NCBI RefSeq assembly: GCF_000380245.2
Contig: NZ_HG428741.1
Location: forward strand, 1,546,654 to 1,578,653
Direction: 5' to 3'
DNA from: Bacillus massiliigorillae
GTDB taxonomy: Bacteria; Bacillota; Bacilli; Bacillales; DSM-1321
Length of the DNA stretch: 32,000 bases
Shown: positions 1-9,025 of the stretch, piece by piece
Numbering within the stretch: the first letter of the stretch is position 1
Layout: each line of letters opens with the position of its first letter
The notes under the pieces: generated by a model
What the model was told of the DNA's origin: nothing
Database searches by the model: none
The model's input: the letters and a program-made list of their open reading frames with translations, nothing else
Program-made: the position numbers and the translations under genes

Positions 1-300
1 TTTATAGAAAAATTAGCGCCTTATAAACACGCGAGTTCGTTTCAGACAGAACAACACTTTCGACTTGAAAAAAAATTATTTCAGCAATTACAGCCACTTA
101 TACAACAGGTAATTGAAGAAGGAGTAATAAATCGTATTTTTCATACTAATAACACGTACTTAGCTTCTAGATATATTTTATTTGGTCTCAGTAGTATCGC
201 CCATTCGGAAAATATAGAGTTGAATGCTGATACGAAGAAAGAAATGGTTCAATTAGTATTAACCACACTTGGATATAATCAAAAAGAAAATGTTAGCTAA
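1..300 (+). CDS. 3' end of a CDS entering from the left edge; helical regulator-like C-terminal domain (possibly TetR/AcrR family, product uncertain)
   Basis: Frame 1 is open from base 1 to TAA at 298-300 (...QQVIEEGVINRIFHTNNTYLASRYILFGLSSIAH...GYNQKENVS*). The N-terminus is outside the window, so no HTH can be checked. Confidence 0.5.
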   Translation, partial: FIEKLAPYKHASSFQTEQHFRLEKKLFQQLQPLIQQVIEEGVINRIFHTNNTYLASRYILFGLSSIAHSENIELNADTKKEMVQLVLTTLGYNQKENVS

Positions 301-426
301 TTGATTCTGTAAAATCAGTTTTAGGAAAAAATAATAAGTATCCTAGTTACGCCTAATGAATTTCAAAAATAATAATGGATTATTATCTCAGAAAACATCC
401 ATTATTTCGTATAAAGGAGATTTAAA

Positions 427-1173
427 ATGAAAATATTTATCGACGGAAACTCTTTATCACCAGAACAACTTACAAATTGGAAAAGAAAACGAATAAAAAA
501 AACTTTTCATAATTTAGGACAAAAAGAGCCTCAAATTAGCAATACAGACGCGTTGCTAAAAGAATTAACTCAATTAAAGATGCAGTATTCCTATGAAGAA
601 ATTTACAATAAATTAAAATCTAAACTTAAACTAGGCGGAATAATTATGCATGTCTGCGTCAAATTTTCTGGAAATAAACGCAAATTTGCGAAAGCTGATT
701 TCCATTTAGATGGTATTACAGCTGAAGACATCTTAAATGGATTTGATAATCTTATGCTAAAGCAATCAAAAGAAAATGATTTAATTAATTTATCTGCTTG
801 TCCGGATCACTATGTATTAAGACCAATAACCGAAAATGGACAAGAAGTCATTGAATATACCGGGAATTCACCGTTTCCAGTTCAATTCTTTATTATTTAT
901 GGCGATGAGACAGGATTAACAACACCTAGAGACAATTCCTATCAGTTCCAATCTGCAGGAGTTGCACGAATGAAAGACGGTACTATTATTGGTGGAGTTC
1001 GACACCAATTCAAAAATACTGATACTGGAGTTGAAGTAAGGGCTACAGTTGAATTTCCAGCGCTATGTCCGACAAGCATTGTAAAAGCACACCAAATCCA
1101 TTTAGCATGTGAGTTTTCTTACTGGCTACAATTTATAAAAAGCCAAAAAATGGGAATAACAGAACAATCCTGA
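427..1173 (+). CDS. hypothetical protein (248 aa), no family recognised by eye
   Basis: ATG at 427 preceded by AAGGAG at 414-419. Uninterrupted 248-codon ORF followed by a hairpin terminator. Confidence 0.7.
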   Translation: MKIFIDGNSLSPEQLTNWKRKRIKKTFHNLGQKEPQISNTDALLKELTQLKMQYSYEEIYNKLKSKLKLGGIIMHVCVKFSGNKRKFAKADFHLDGITAEDILNGFDNLMLKQSKENDLINLSACPDHYVLRPITENGQEVIEYTGNSPFPVQFFIIYGDETGLTTPRDNSYQFQSAGVARMKDGTIIGGVRHQFKNTDTGVEVRATVEFPALCPTSIVKAHQIHLACEFSYWLQFIKSQKMGITEQS

Positions 1174-1220
1174 ATTGAATTTTTTATACATTGCTAAAGC
1201 TTGGATTGTTTTTATAAACA

Positions 1221-1268
1221 AAACAGTGACTTTGATAAAACAATGTCGCTGTTTTAAATTTTTTTTCA
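1221..1268 (+). terminator. rho-independent terminator after the 427-1173 CDS
   Basis: Stem AAACAGTGAC (1221-1230) pairs with GTCGCTGTTT (1245-1254) with one G-U pair, followed by a T-rich run (TAAATTTTTTTTC). Confidence 0.7.
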
Positions 1269-1331
1269 GCTTATGATAAAGTAAATAATTTATTGAAAAT
1301 GAAGGTTTTTAATATAAAGGGCAGGTTTTTT

Positions 1332-2273
1332 ATGTTTGCAATGATTTTAGGGATAAGTATCGGAGCTGTTTTTGCTGCTCAAACAGCAATTAATGCTCAG
1401 TTAAGAAAGTTTGTTAGTTCTCCTTATTTAGCTTCAATGATTTCATTTGCTGTAGGAGTCATTTTTTTATCTATCACAATATTATTTAGTGGGTCGCCTT
1501 TAGGTATTCCATTAAACGTATTCTTGAATCAACCTATCTATATATGGCTAGGGGGGATTATAGGATCAATTGCTTTAACTATCAATATTCTTTTGTTTCC
1601 TAAATTAGGAAGCGTTCAAACAGCAATAATGCCTATTTTGGGAATGACTTTGATGAGTATGTTAATTGATCAATATGGTTGGTTTAATTCAATTCAATAT
1701 TCTTTTGGATGGAATAGAATAATAGGAGTGTTACTAGTCTTATTAGGTGTTTTTCTAGCTGTAGCTATACAAAACTCTCAAAATAGACTGCAAGCTTCTC
1801 AAACAATTAATGAAGAAAAATTGAATCAGTGGATTTGGCGTATAGTAGGTATAGTGGCAGGGATGTTACTAGCCATACAGATTGCTATCAATGGTCAATT
1901 GGGTAAAGTCCTTCAATCTTCTTCACATGCATCTCTTGTTTCATTCTTTGTGGGTACGGTAACTTTAATGATGACTGTTGCGGTTATTGATCGTTCTTAT
2001 GCTAATATAAAAAAACCATTAAAGCTCTCAGCTCCTTGGTGGATATGGATTGGTGGTATATTAGGAGGATCATATATTTTAGTCAATGTTTTTCTAGTTT
2101 CTCAAATAGGAAATGGGCAAACCGTGATTCTCACTTTATTTGGTCAAATCATTGGTAGCTTAATAGTTGAGCAGTTCGGCTTATTTAACTCCAATAGAAA
2201 TAGAATTAGACCAGTACAAATAGTGGGCTTAATAGTTATGATAGTGGGCATCTTTTCGATTAGAATCTTCTAA
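1332..2273 (+). CDS. DMT-superfamily membrane protein made of two fused YdcZ/DUF606-like halves
   Basis: About 10 hydrophobic segments. Both halves start with the same pattern (GAVFAAQTAINAQLRKFV... and GMLLAIQIAINGQLGKVL...). The preferred start is ATG 1332 (AAGGGCAGG RBS), rather than the ORF-track TTG at 1293. Confidence 0.75.
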   Translation: MFAMILGISIGAVFAAQTAINAQLRKFVSSPYLASMISFAVGVIFLSITILFSGSPLGIPLNVFLNQPIYIWLGGIIGSIALTINILLFPKLGSVQTAIMPILGMTLMSMLIDQYGWFNSIQYSFGWNRIIGVLLVLLGVFLAVAIQNSQNRLQASQTINEEKLNQWIWRIVGIVAGMLLAIQIAINGQLGKVLQSSSHASLVSFFVGTVTLMMTVAVIDRSYANIKKPLKLSAPWWIWIGGILGGSYILVNVFLVSQIGNGQTVILTLFGQIIGSLIVEQFGLFNSNRNRIRPVQIVGLIVMIVGIFSIRIF

Positions 2274-2283
2274 ATAAAACTCT

Positions 2284-2366
2284 GATTGTTCCTTCATAAA
2301 AATGAGCTTTATGAAGGAACAATCAATAAAAGCATGTTTCAAATAAATTGATGAAACATGCTTTTT
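2284..2366 (+). terminator. two tandem hairpins; the second is a canonical terminator
   Basis: Hairpin 1: GATTGTTCCTTCAT (2284-2297) with ATGAAGGAACAATC (2311-2324). Hairpin 2: AAAAGCATGTTTCA (2328-2341) with TGAAACATGCTTTT (2352-2365), followed by T. Confidence 0.75.
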
Positions 2367-2633
2367 AATTTCCTTTCTAAAACGATGTGTTTCCTTTTTT
2401 AAAATTTAATGTTGGCATAATGATGATTCTTTGCATAATAACAGCGAAATCACATCACTTTATATTCAAAAATGCATATGGTTTTATTTTTAGGTTGATA
2501 AAACTGACTATTTAATATTGGCACGAGAATTGCATTAAATTAATAGCACTAGTGTTGAGTTAAATTATCATGTTAAGTGATCACAAACGGATAATAATCG
2601 TTTTTTATTCTTTTTGAAATGAGGTAGCTAATT

Positions 2634-2857
2634 ATGCCACTAATTGGATTAGCATGCGGTGTAATATTATTATTTTACTAATCGTATTTTTAAAACTGAA
2701 TCCATTCCTATCTTTGATAATTTCAGCAATATTTGTTGGTATTTTTCAAGGTATGCCCCCAATAACTATTGTTAAATCGATTGAAGCAGGTCTAGGAGGT
2801 ACTTTGGGCCATTTAGCCATTATTATTGGTCTTGGAGCTATTTTTGGAAAAATTAAG
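2634..2857 (+). pseudogene. N-terminal fragment of a GntP-family (gluconate-type) permease, frameshifted and truncated
   Basis: ATG 2634 gives MPLIGLACGVILLFY*. After a frameshift in the A/T run the text continues LIVFLKLNPFLSLIISAIFVGIFQGMPPITIVKSIEAGLGGTLGHLAIIIGLGAIFGKI, the typical GntP N-terminus. Similarity stops near 2857, with only about 75 of the ~450 expected codons present. Confidence 0.6.
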
Positions 2858-3330
2858 ATCGGTGTAACAGACTTAATAGATAACACGTTTTACCCCTGTG
2901 AAGGATGAACATTGGCGAATGATTGGTTACATTATAGAAGAAAAGTACAAGGTTTACATAAAGCATTTACTGAATTATTGTGTTGTCCTCAATGCGTTGA
3001 GGTTAGTAACGGCTATACAAAAGATGAAATGAAGTCGCTTCTTTCGTAAGACAAGCGGTGTGTTATCTTTTATAAAAAGTTATCGTACTGCTTTTTTGAT
3101 GTCCAATTACATATATTAGGTATTAACCTAAAATACACAATTATTATATTTCAATTACACGTTAGCAAGACAATGGAAATGGGTAGATAAAATAGTAAGA
3201 AATAGCTGATTAATTAAGGTTAATTAAAGAAGAAAGGCTTCAACCTTTAATATATTAGGCTATTTCCTAATATAAAATTGTGATATATTGGAAAAGTGAA
3301 TTAGTAAAACACACGAAAGAGTTGAGATAA

Positions 3331-4161
3331 TTGACAGAAGAACAAATGACAAATCGGCCAAAAACGTATCAGTTAGATACCTTTAATGAGTTGCATGGTA
3401 GAGGAATGTCGATAGAAGATATTTGTTTAATGTATATAAAGACGATAGAAGATGATTTTCATTTAACAATTGACGAAATAGTAGACTATTTACAATGCTC
3501 GGATCGCTACGTAAGAAATGAAATACTACCTTATGTAGAACATATCCGTATTAATCAAGTTGCTAGAAGTATGCTTATGAAGTATGCAAAGGAGCATGAC
3601 GAACCGAATGAGCTTTATAAGAAACGTATTTTATTTTCTTTATCATCGTTTCATAAGTTTTTCTTGAAAAATACAATTTATAGCAAGGCTTATATTCGTT
3701 TCTATATGGCTGATTTTGATTTTGAAGTGATGGAATAGCTGATTACTATTGTAAATGAGTATAATGCGAAATATGAAGAGAATTTAACTGTAGCAGAAGC
3801 ATTACAAGATACGATAGATGCTTTAAAATCAAAGGATTTTATAAATCATCTCATAAAGACTAAATTTGCTGTTCCTCCAGAAAGCTTGTTATCCGCTAAT
3901 TATATAAAAGCAGAAAAGGGCATTAAATATGATGTGATTTTTTATAAATACACAGCAAATGCTGGACTGAATAAAGTGGAATTTGGCTCTGACAAGAACG
4001 GTAATCCTATTTTTGTTCGATATATAAAAAAAGAAATGGATGATAGATTTTTAGTCAAAATGTAAGTAACTTTATATGAGCATTTGCAACGATTATATGG
4101 TGATGAGATGAAAAGCTGGTTATTAGAAGAAACAAAAAATAAATTATTGAAAGTTATATAG
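3331..4161 (+). pseudogene. hypothetical gene interrupted by two in-frame stops (TAG 3736-3738, TAA 4063-4065)
   Basis: A single reading frame stays coding-like across both stops (...FYMADFDFEVME*LITIVNEYNAKYEENL...FLVKM*VTLYEHLQRLYGDEMKSWLLEE...KVI*). No family recognised. Confidence 0.5.
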
Positions 4162-4174
4162 GGTAGGTACAGGT

Positions 4175-4354
4175 ATGGTTAGGCTTGATAAAAAAACGAT
4201 TGAATTATTAGAAAGTAGAAATTTGGAGTTAAATAATTTCACTGCTCGCATTAGCGTTGAATGTAATGGTTATAGTGATGACGAAAAGGATCATACAACT
4301 TTTGAAGTGACTTTTCATGAAGAAGCAGAAGAAATAGAACAAATTGGCTCTTGA
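4175..4354 (+). CDS. small hypothetical protein (59 aa)
   Basis: ATG 4175 to TGA 4352-4354. Acidic, coding-like text (MVRLDKKTIELLESRNLELNNFTARISVECNGYSDDEKDH...). Its stop overlaps the next ATG by 1 nt. The RBS is weak. Confidence 0.4.
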   Translation: MVRLDKKTIELLESRNLELNNFTARISVECNGYSDDEKDHTTFEVTFHEEAEEIEQIGS

Positions 4355-4959
4355 TGTATGACGCAACTAAAATGAGTGCAGCTGATATTCGGGAATGTGC
4401 AGATAACTTGGAATTTAGTTTGTATCAAGCGGTATCATCAGTCCGCATCTATCCAACAAAAGCCGATACTAAATTTGATGAAATGCATGGCTTTGAAAAG
4501 GATAATGAGAATACAGATATATTGCTTTATAAGGAGTATTTCAAAGAAATGGGGCTACCATTCCCATCACCTTATCCAGAAGAATTTCAACATGGTGTAT
4601 TTGAAGGGAAGCCATATAATGCCCAAACCGAAAGCGTATATGGAAGAATCCTTGTTTTGCAAGATTGGGAGCTGAAAAATGAATATAAAACAAATGCTAT
4701 TATCAAGGTATTATTTAGTAGCATGATGAAGGGTTTTTATTCGTTAGGACAAGATTGGATCATCTTTAACCCGAATGTAGCGGAAAACTACATGAAGGAA
4801 ATGAATTATTTGTACCATACGAAAAAATCATATGAGAACTTCTTGGAGAAACAGGGGTTTATAAAGACATATGGTAGGTTGCATGATGGTGACTATTGTT
4901 ATTGCTACCATATACAAAATAGATTGGATAAGCCCACTTTATCATTTTTTACAAACTAA
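4354..4959 (+). CDS. hypothetical protein (~201 aa)
   Basis: Long ORF whose ATG 4354 overlaps the preceding stop (TGATG), suggesting translational coupling. No family recognised. Confidence 0.6.
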   Translation: MYDATKMSAADIRECADNLEFSLYQAVSSVRIYPTKADTKFDEMHGFEKDNENTDILLYKEYFKEMGLPFPSPYPEEFQHGVFEGKPYNAQTESVYGRILVLQDWELKNEYKTNAIIKVLFSSMMKGFYSLGQDWIIFNPNVAENYMKEMNYLYHTKKSYENFLEKQGFIKTYGRLHDGDYCYCYHIQNRLDKPTLSFFTN

Positions 4960-4988
4960 TTATAACTTATGGGAAATGAGGTTACAGA

Positions 4989-5585
4989 ATGGCTGATTTT
5001 GATGCTTTAATTGATTTACCAGATGATAAGGTATACGAAGATTTCTATGCAGAATATCCAAAATTAAAAGAATTACTTAGTTATCCAGATTTTATTGATA
5101 GTTTTGGTGACGATTTTACAAAAATCAATTTTCATTGTGTAAATGTCATATTTCTATGGAGAAGTTTCGAGGATCATTACAAAAAGTTAGTAAACTCGTT
5201 TCATAATAATGGCATAACGACCAATTTTGAAGCCACCGTTTAGTTCGTTATTTTTACGCTGATGCTATTAGCTTAAGAGATGTTATTGGTAACGCTATTG
5301 ATAAACAGAATTGGAAAAAGATTGAAAAATTTTTTTGTGCTGGACTTTTCGAAATTTGATGAATCGAAAATTAAGATTATAAGAAATCAAATACTGCATG
5401 ATGGGGTATTAGGTATTTTAAGTCATTATAAAGAAGCATCTATTTCACATAGTGATTTAGCTGCACCACCTAGCAATATCGCACAGTTTTATTACATTGA
5501 TGATTCAGGTTTCAAATATTATATAAATCGTGCAATTGTGACGGATCATTGTCATAAGACAATTAAAACTATATTCTCGTTTTAG
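4989..5585 (+). pseudogene. frameshifted ORF with a HEPN-like R-x4-H motif (Abi-like?)
   Basis: Three coding-like pieces. The first is 4989-5243 in frame 0. The second is 5246-5359 in frame 2 (RYFYADAISLRDVIGNAIDKQNWKKIEKFFCAGLFEI). The third is ~5350-5585, back in frame 0, and contains KIKIIRNQILHDGVLG (RNQILH = nt 5382-5399). Confidence 0.4.
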
Positions 5586-5589
5586 ATTA

Positions 5590-5825
5590 ATAAAAGCAAT
5601 TGCTGAAAATACTACATTGAAAGGAAATAGTGTGGATTTAGTAACTGTTGCCCAGGCATTACATTGGTTTGATAAAAAAACATTCAAAATCGAATGTCAA
5701 CGGATTTTGAAACAAAAGACAAATGTTGATCTTGTTTGGAATAGCAGAGATTTAACTAGTCCGATTATTAAAGCGAATGCAGAAATTTGCCAAAAGACCT
5801 GTTCAAATTTTAATGAAAAATATGT
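5590..5825 (+). pseudogene. C-terminal fragment of a class I SAM-dependent methyltransferase
   Basis: ...LKGNSVDLVTVAQALHWFDKKTFKIECQRILK...VDLVWNSRD... is the post-motif-II region of Methyltransf_11-type enzymes. The SAM-binding N-terminal half is absent. Boundaries are approximate. Confidence 0.5.
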
Positions 5826-5858
5826 TGATTACTATTTTAGAATAGATTATAATGAGGC

Positions 5859-5872
5859 TGTAAACGGTTACA
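5859..5872. promoter_or_regulatory. LacI-family operator-like palindrome upstream of the regulator gene
   Basis: TGTAAACGGTTACA lies 35 nt upstream of the TTG 5907 start and fits TGTAAnCGnTTACA. Confidence 0.5.
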
Positions 5873-5906
5873 TCCATTTTATTAATTGTAAGGAAGGATG
5901 CTTAGA

Positions 5907-6887
5907 TTGGCAACAATTAAACAAGTTGCAAAGCTAGCTGGTGTTTCTGTAGCGACAGTTTCTCGCGTATTAAATAACAGTGGCTATGTACAAGTGGATA
6001 CTAGAAAAAAGGTAGAGGAAGCTATTCATAAATTGGAATATATTCCGAATGAAGTAGCACGCTCTTTATATAAGAAAGAATCACGTTTAGTAGGGTTACT
6101 ATTACCTGATATTACGAACCCTTTTTTTCCTGAGTTAGCTCGTGGTATAGAAGATGAGCTTCAGAAAGAAGGTTTTTACCTCTTATTTGGTAATTGTGAT
6201 GAAAAGTTAGAAAAAGAGCTGAATTACATACAAACTTTTGTACAAAATAATGTGGTTGGTCTTATTTCAGCTATAAATTTAGCGGATAAATCTAATTATG
6301 AGAATTTGTCTATCCCAACGGTTTTCTTAGATCGTGGTTCAGAAAGTGAGTATTCTGTTTTTTCTGATGCCAAAGAAGGAGGAAGAATAGCGGCTCGTGA
6401 ATTAATTAAACGAGGAAGTGAAAAAATAACAGTCTTAAAAGGACCATCTCATGTACTCCCTGCTCAGGAGCGTTTTCAAGGGACTATTGAAGTCTTAGCT
6501 CAATCTAATGTGGATTTTCAAGTGATTTCGACAGCATCTTTTTCATTCCAAGAAGCAAAGACATGGGCGAAAGAAATATTTAAAAAGTACCCAGATACCG
6601 ATGGTATTATTGCAAGTAATGATATTACAGCTACCGCTATACTTCATGAAGCTCTTATACAAGGAAAAATAGTACCTGATGAACTTCAAATTATTGGGTA
6701 TGATGATATACAACAAAGTAGTTTATTATTTCCATCTTTATCTACGATTAGACAGCCTATTTATGAGATGGGAAAAGAAGCTGCTAAATTACTGATAAGT
6801 TTAATAAAAAGACAAATAATTGAAGAATCTCAAATTAAGTTATCGGTATCTTTTGTAGAACGTAATACAACAAGGAAGGAGACATAA
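5907..6887 (+). CDS. rbsR: LacI-family transcriptional repressor (ribose/nucleoside-operon type)
   Basis: N-terminal HTH ATIKQVAKLAGVSVATVSRVLNN plus a periplasmic-binding-protein-like sugar-binding core. TTG 5907 has better spacing from AGGAAGG (5891-5897) than ATG 5898. Sits immediately upstream of the ribokinase gene. Confidence 0.85.
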   Translation: MATIKQVAKLAGVSVATVSRVLNNSGYVQVDTRKKVEEAIHKLEYIPNEVARSLYKKESRLVGLLLPDITNPFFPELARGIEDELQKEGFYLLFGNCDEKLEKELNYIQTFVQNNVVGLISAINLADKSNYENLSIPTVFLDRGSESEYSVFSDAKEGGRIAARELIKRGSEKITVLKGPSHVLPAQERFQGTIEVLAQSNVDFQVISTASFSFQEAKTWAKEIFKKYPDTDGIIASNDITATAILHEALIQGKIVPDELQIIGYDDIQQSSLLFPSLSTIRQPIYEMGKEAAKLLISLIKRQIIEESQIKLSVSFVERNTTRKET

Positions 6888-6889
6888 TA

Positions 6890-7774
6890 ATGGTTAAAGT
6901 AACAGTCATTGGCAGTTCCTCTATGGATCTAGTTGTAACTTCTGGGATACGTCCCGGAGTAGGAGAAACTGTGTTAGGTGATTCTTTTAAAACTGTTCCG
7001 GGAGGAAAAGGGGCAAATCAGGCCGTTGCAGCTTCTCGTTTAGGGGCAGATGTAACAATGATTGGTTGTGTCGGTGAAGATCAGTATGGTGAAGTGATAA
7101 TAAGTAACTTAATACAGAATGGTGTTTGTACAGATTATGTAAAAGCAGTTACTGGTGTTGAAAGTGGTACAGCTCATATCATCTTAGCAGAGCAAGATAA
7201 TAGCATTATTGTAATAAAGGGGGCGAATGATTATGTTACTCCAACGTACGTTCAACAGGCTTTGAAAGTGATTATTGACTCAGATATTGTAATTGTTCAA
7301 CAAGAGATTCCAGAAGAAACGGTTGAGTATGTTTGTGAAGTATGCGAGGTAAATGGAGTTCCTTTATTACTGAATCCTGCACCTGCTCGATCTTTAAAGA
7401 AAGAAGTGGTAGAAAAAGCTACATATTTAACACCTAATGAACATGAAGTAGCTATTCTATTTATGGGTGCTAGTCAATCCGAAATGTTACAGCAGTATCC
7501 AAATAAATTGTTTATTACTGAGGGTGAAAAAGGAGTCCGATATTTTAATGGAAAAGAAGAAGTACTAGTTGCTACATTCCCTGTTCAAGTAATAGATACA
7601 ACTGGGGCTGGAGATACATTCAACGCAGCTTTTGCTGTTGCACTTGCTGAAGGCAAGGAATATACACAAGCATTAAAATTTGCAAATCGTGCTGCTTCTT
7701 TATCAGTTACAAAATTTGGAGCACAAGGTGGAATGCCTACTCGTCAAGAAGTAGAGGCTTGCCTGAATAAATAG
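6890..7774 (+). CDS. rbsK: ribokinase (PfkB family)
   Basis: GGKGANQAVAA and DTTGAGDTFNAAFAVAL signatures. AAGGAAGGAG RBS. The start is 3 nt after the regulator stop. Confidence 0.9.
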   Translation: MVKVTVIGSSSMDLVVTSGIRPGVGETVLGDSFKTVPGGKGANQAVAASRLGADVTMIGCVGEDQYGEVIISNLIQNGVCTDYVKAVTGVESGTAHIILAEQDNSIIVIKGANDYVTPTYVQQALKVIIDSDIVIVQQEIPEETVEYVCEVCEVNGVPLLLNPAPARSLKKEVVEKATYLTPNEHEVAILFMGASQSEMLQQYPNKLFITEGEKGVRYFNGKEEVLVATFPVQVIDTTGAGDTFNAAFAVALAEGKEYTQALKFANRAASLSVTKFGAQGGMPTRQEVEACLNK

Positions 7775-7826
7775 ATAGTTAAAGAACTCTATATATAATA
7801 TGAAATAATTTTTTTTCTGATTCGCC

Positions 7827-7840
7827 AGTAACCGGTTACA
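7827..7840. promoter_or_regulatory. LacI-family operator-like palindrome
   Basis: AGTAACCGGTTACA, with a perfect 12-nt palindromic core GTAACCGGTTAC, in the 236-nt spacer before the hydrolase gene. Confidence 0.45.
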
Positions 7841-7965
7841 TAAGGGAAAATATTTTATCAACATCACGTGTTAAGAGATGATTCTATGTATTTTACTATT
7901 CAAGTGTCAATGTTCTAGTTTAAGAGACTTTGCATTGCACTTCTCTTAATATGACGTTTTCTTAG

Positions 7966-7979
7966 TGTAATCGTTTATA
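7966..7979. promoter_or_regulatory. LacI-family operator-like site
   Basis: TGTAATCGTTTATA lies 32 nt upstream of ATG 8011. Confidence 0.4.
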
Positions 7980-8010
7980 TATATACAGTATTACAAGGAG
8001 GAGTAACGTA

Positions 8011-8907
8011 ATGAGAAGAATACCAATTATTATTGACACAGATCCTGGTATTGATGATGCTGCAGCAATAGGATTAGCTTTTTACAGAGATGAACTAGAT
8101 GTGAAATTAATTACGACAGTAACAGGAAATGTAGACATTAATAACATAACATCGAACGCCTTGAAACTTTTAACATTTTTTGATAAAGATATTCCAGTAG
8201 CTAGAGGTATGGAGACGCCTTTATTGAAGCCGGTAGAGGGAAGTGGAGTTCATGGTGAAACAGGAATGGATGGCTATAATTTCCCTGAACCTACACGTAC
8301 AATTGTTCGAGAGCATGCAGTTGAAGCAATACGTTCTATGTTAGAGAAATCGGAAGAGAAAGTTACAATTGTGCCAATTGGACCATTAACAAATATTGCA
8401 GTATTGCTTTTAATGTATCCTCAATTGAAAAATAAAATTGAGAGAATAGTATTAATGGGTGGTTCTTTATCGGGTGGAAATATGAATGGTCCTGCTGAGT
8501 TTAATATGTGGGCAGATCCGCATGCCGCAAAAATTGTATTAGAATCCGATTTGGATATCGTAATGATTGGTTTGGATGTTACATTGAAAGCGCTTATTGG
8601 GGAAGATGAGTTATCGAAATGTCAAAATAAATCAGCTGAAATGTTTAACGCAATCTTCCATCATTATAGAGATGGTGATATGGAACGGGGAGTAGTTATG
8701 CACGATTCATGTACAATTGCGTATCTAACAAAGCCTGAAATGTTTAGAATTGAGCGTAGACATGTGAAGGTAGTCACAGAAGGTCCTGCAAGTGGTATGA
8801 CAATGGAAATGCCAGAAGAAGAAGAAATGAATTTAAATGTTGCAGTCGGAATTGATTCTGATGCATTTCAAGAATGGTTTCTTGAGACATTAAATAAAAT
8901 GATCTGA
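8011..8907 (+). CDS. ribonucleoside hydrolase (IU-nucleoside hydrolase family)
   Basis: N-terminal Asp cluster IIIDTDPGIDDAAAI, typical length and GPLTNIA motif. AAGGAGGAG RBS. Confidence 0.9.
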   Translation: MRRIPIIIDTDPGIDDAAAIGLAFYRDELDVKLITTVTGNVDINNITSNALKLLTFFDKDIPVARGMETPLLKPVEGSGVHGETGMDGYNFPEPTRTIVREHAVEAIRSMLEKSEEKVTIVPIGPLTNIAVLLLMYPQLKNKIERIVLMGGSLSGGNMNGPAEFNMWADPHAAKIVLESDLDIVMIGLDVTLKALIGEDELSKCQNKSAEMFNAIFHHYRDGDMERGVVMHDSCTIAYLTKPEMFRIERRHVKVVTEGPASGMTMEMPEEEEMNLNVAVGIDSDAFQEWFLETLNKMI

Positions 8908-8940
8908 TTTTGTTATATTTGAAAGGTATGTATGTTGTTT

Positions 8941-8954
8941 TGTAAACGATTACA
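8941..8954. promoter_or_regulatory. LacI-family operator-like palindrome upstream of nupC
   Basis: TGTAAACGATTACA lies in the hydrolase-nupC spacer. Confidence 0.5.
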
Positions 8955-9025
8955 TTTTCGTGCATACTTTCATCACTTTTTTGACAGCAAGTGCTCTAAA
9001 CAAAATTGAAAAAAAAGGTGATAAA

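Noticed and set aside
3111-3275. Repeated ATATATTAGG 10-mer (3111-3120 and ~3250-3259) with an inverted partner CCTAATATA as a possible operator set
   Set aside because: The region is a very AT-rich intergenic context where such short matches arise by chance. No associated regulator is identifiable.
4376-4675. Alternative-frame ORF inside 4354-4959; also 5505-5687 (minus) and the 5617-5937 call as an intact gene
   Set aside because: They overlap better-supported frames. The 5617-5937 call is only the tail of a truncated methyltransferase running into the rbsR promoter region.
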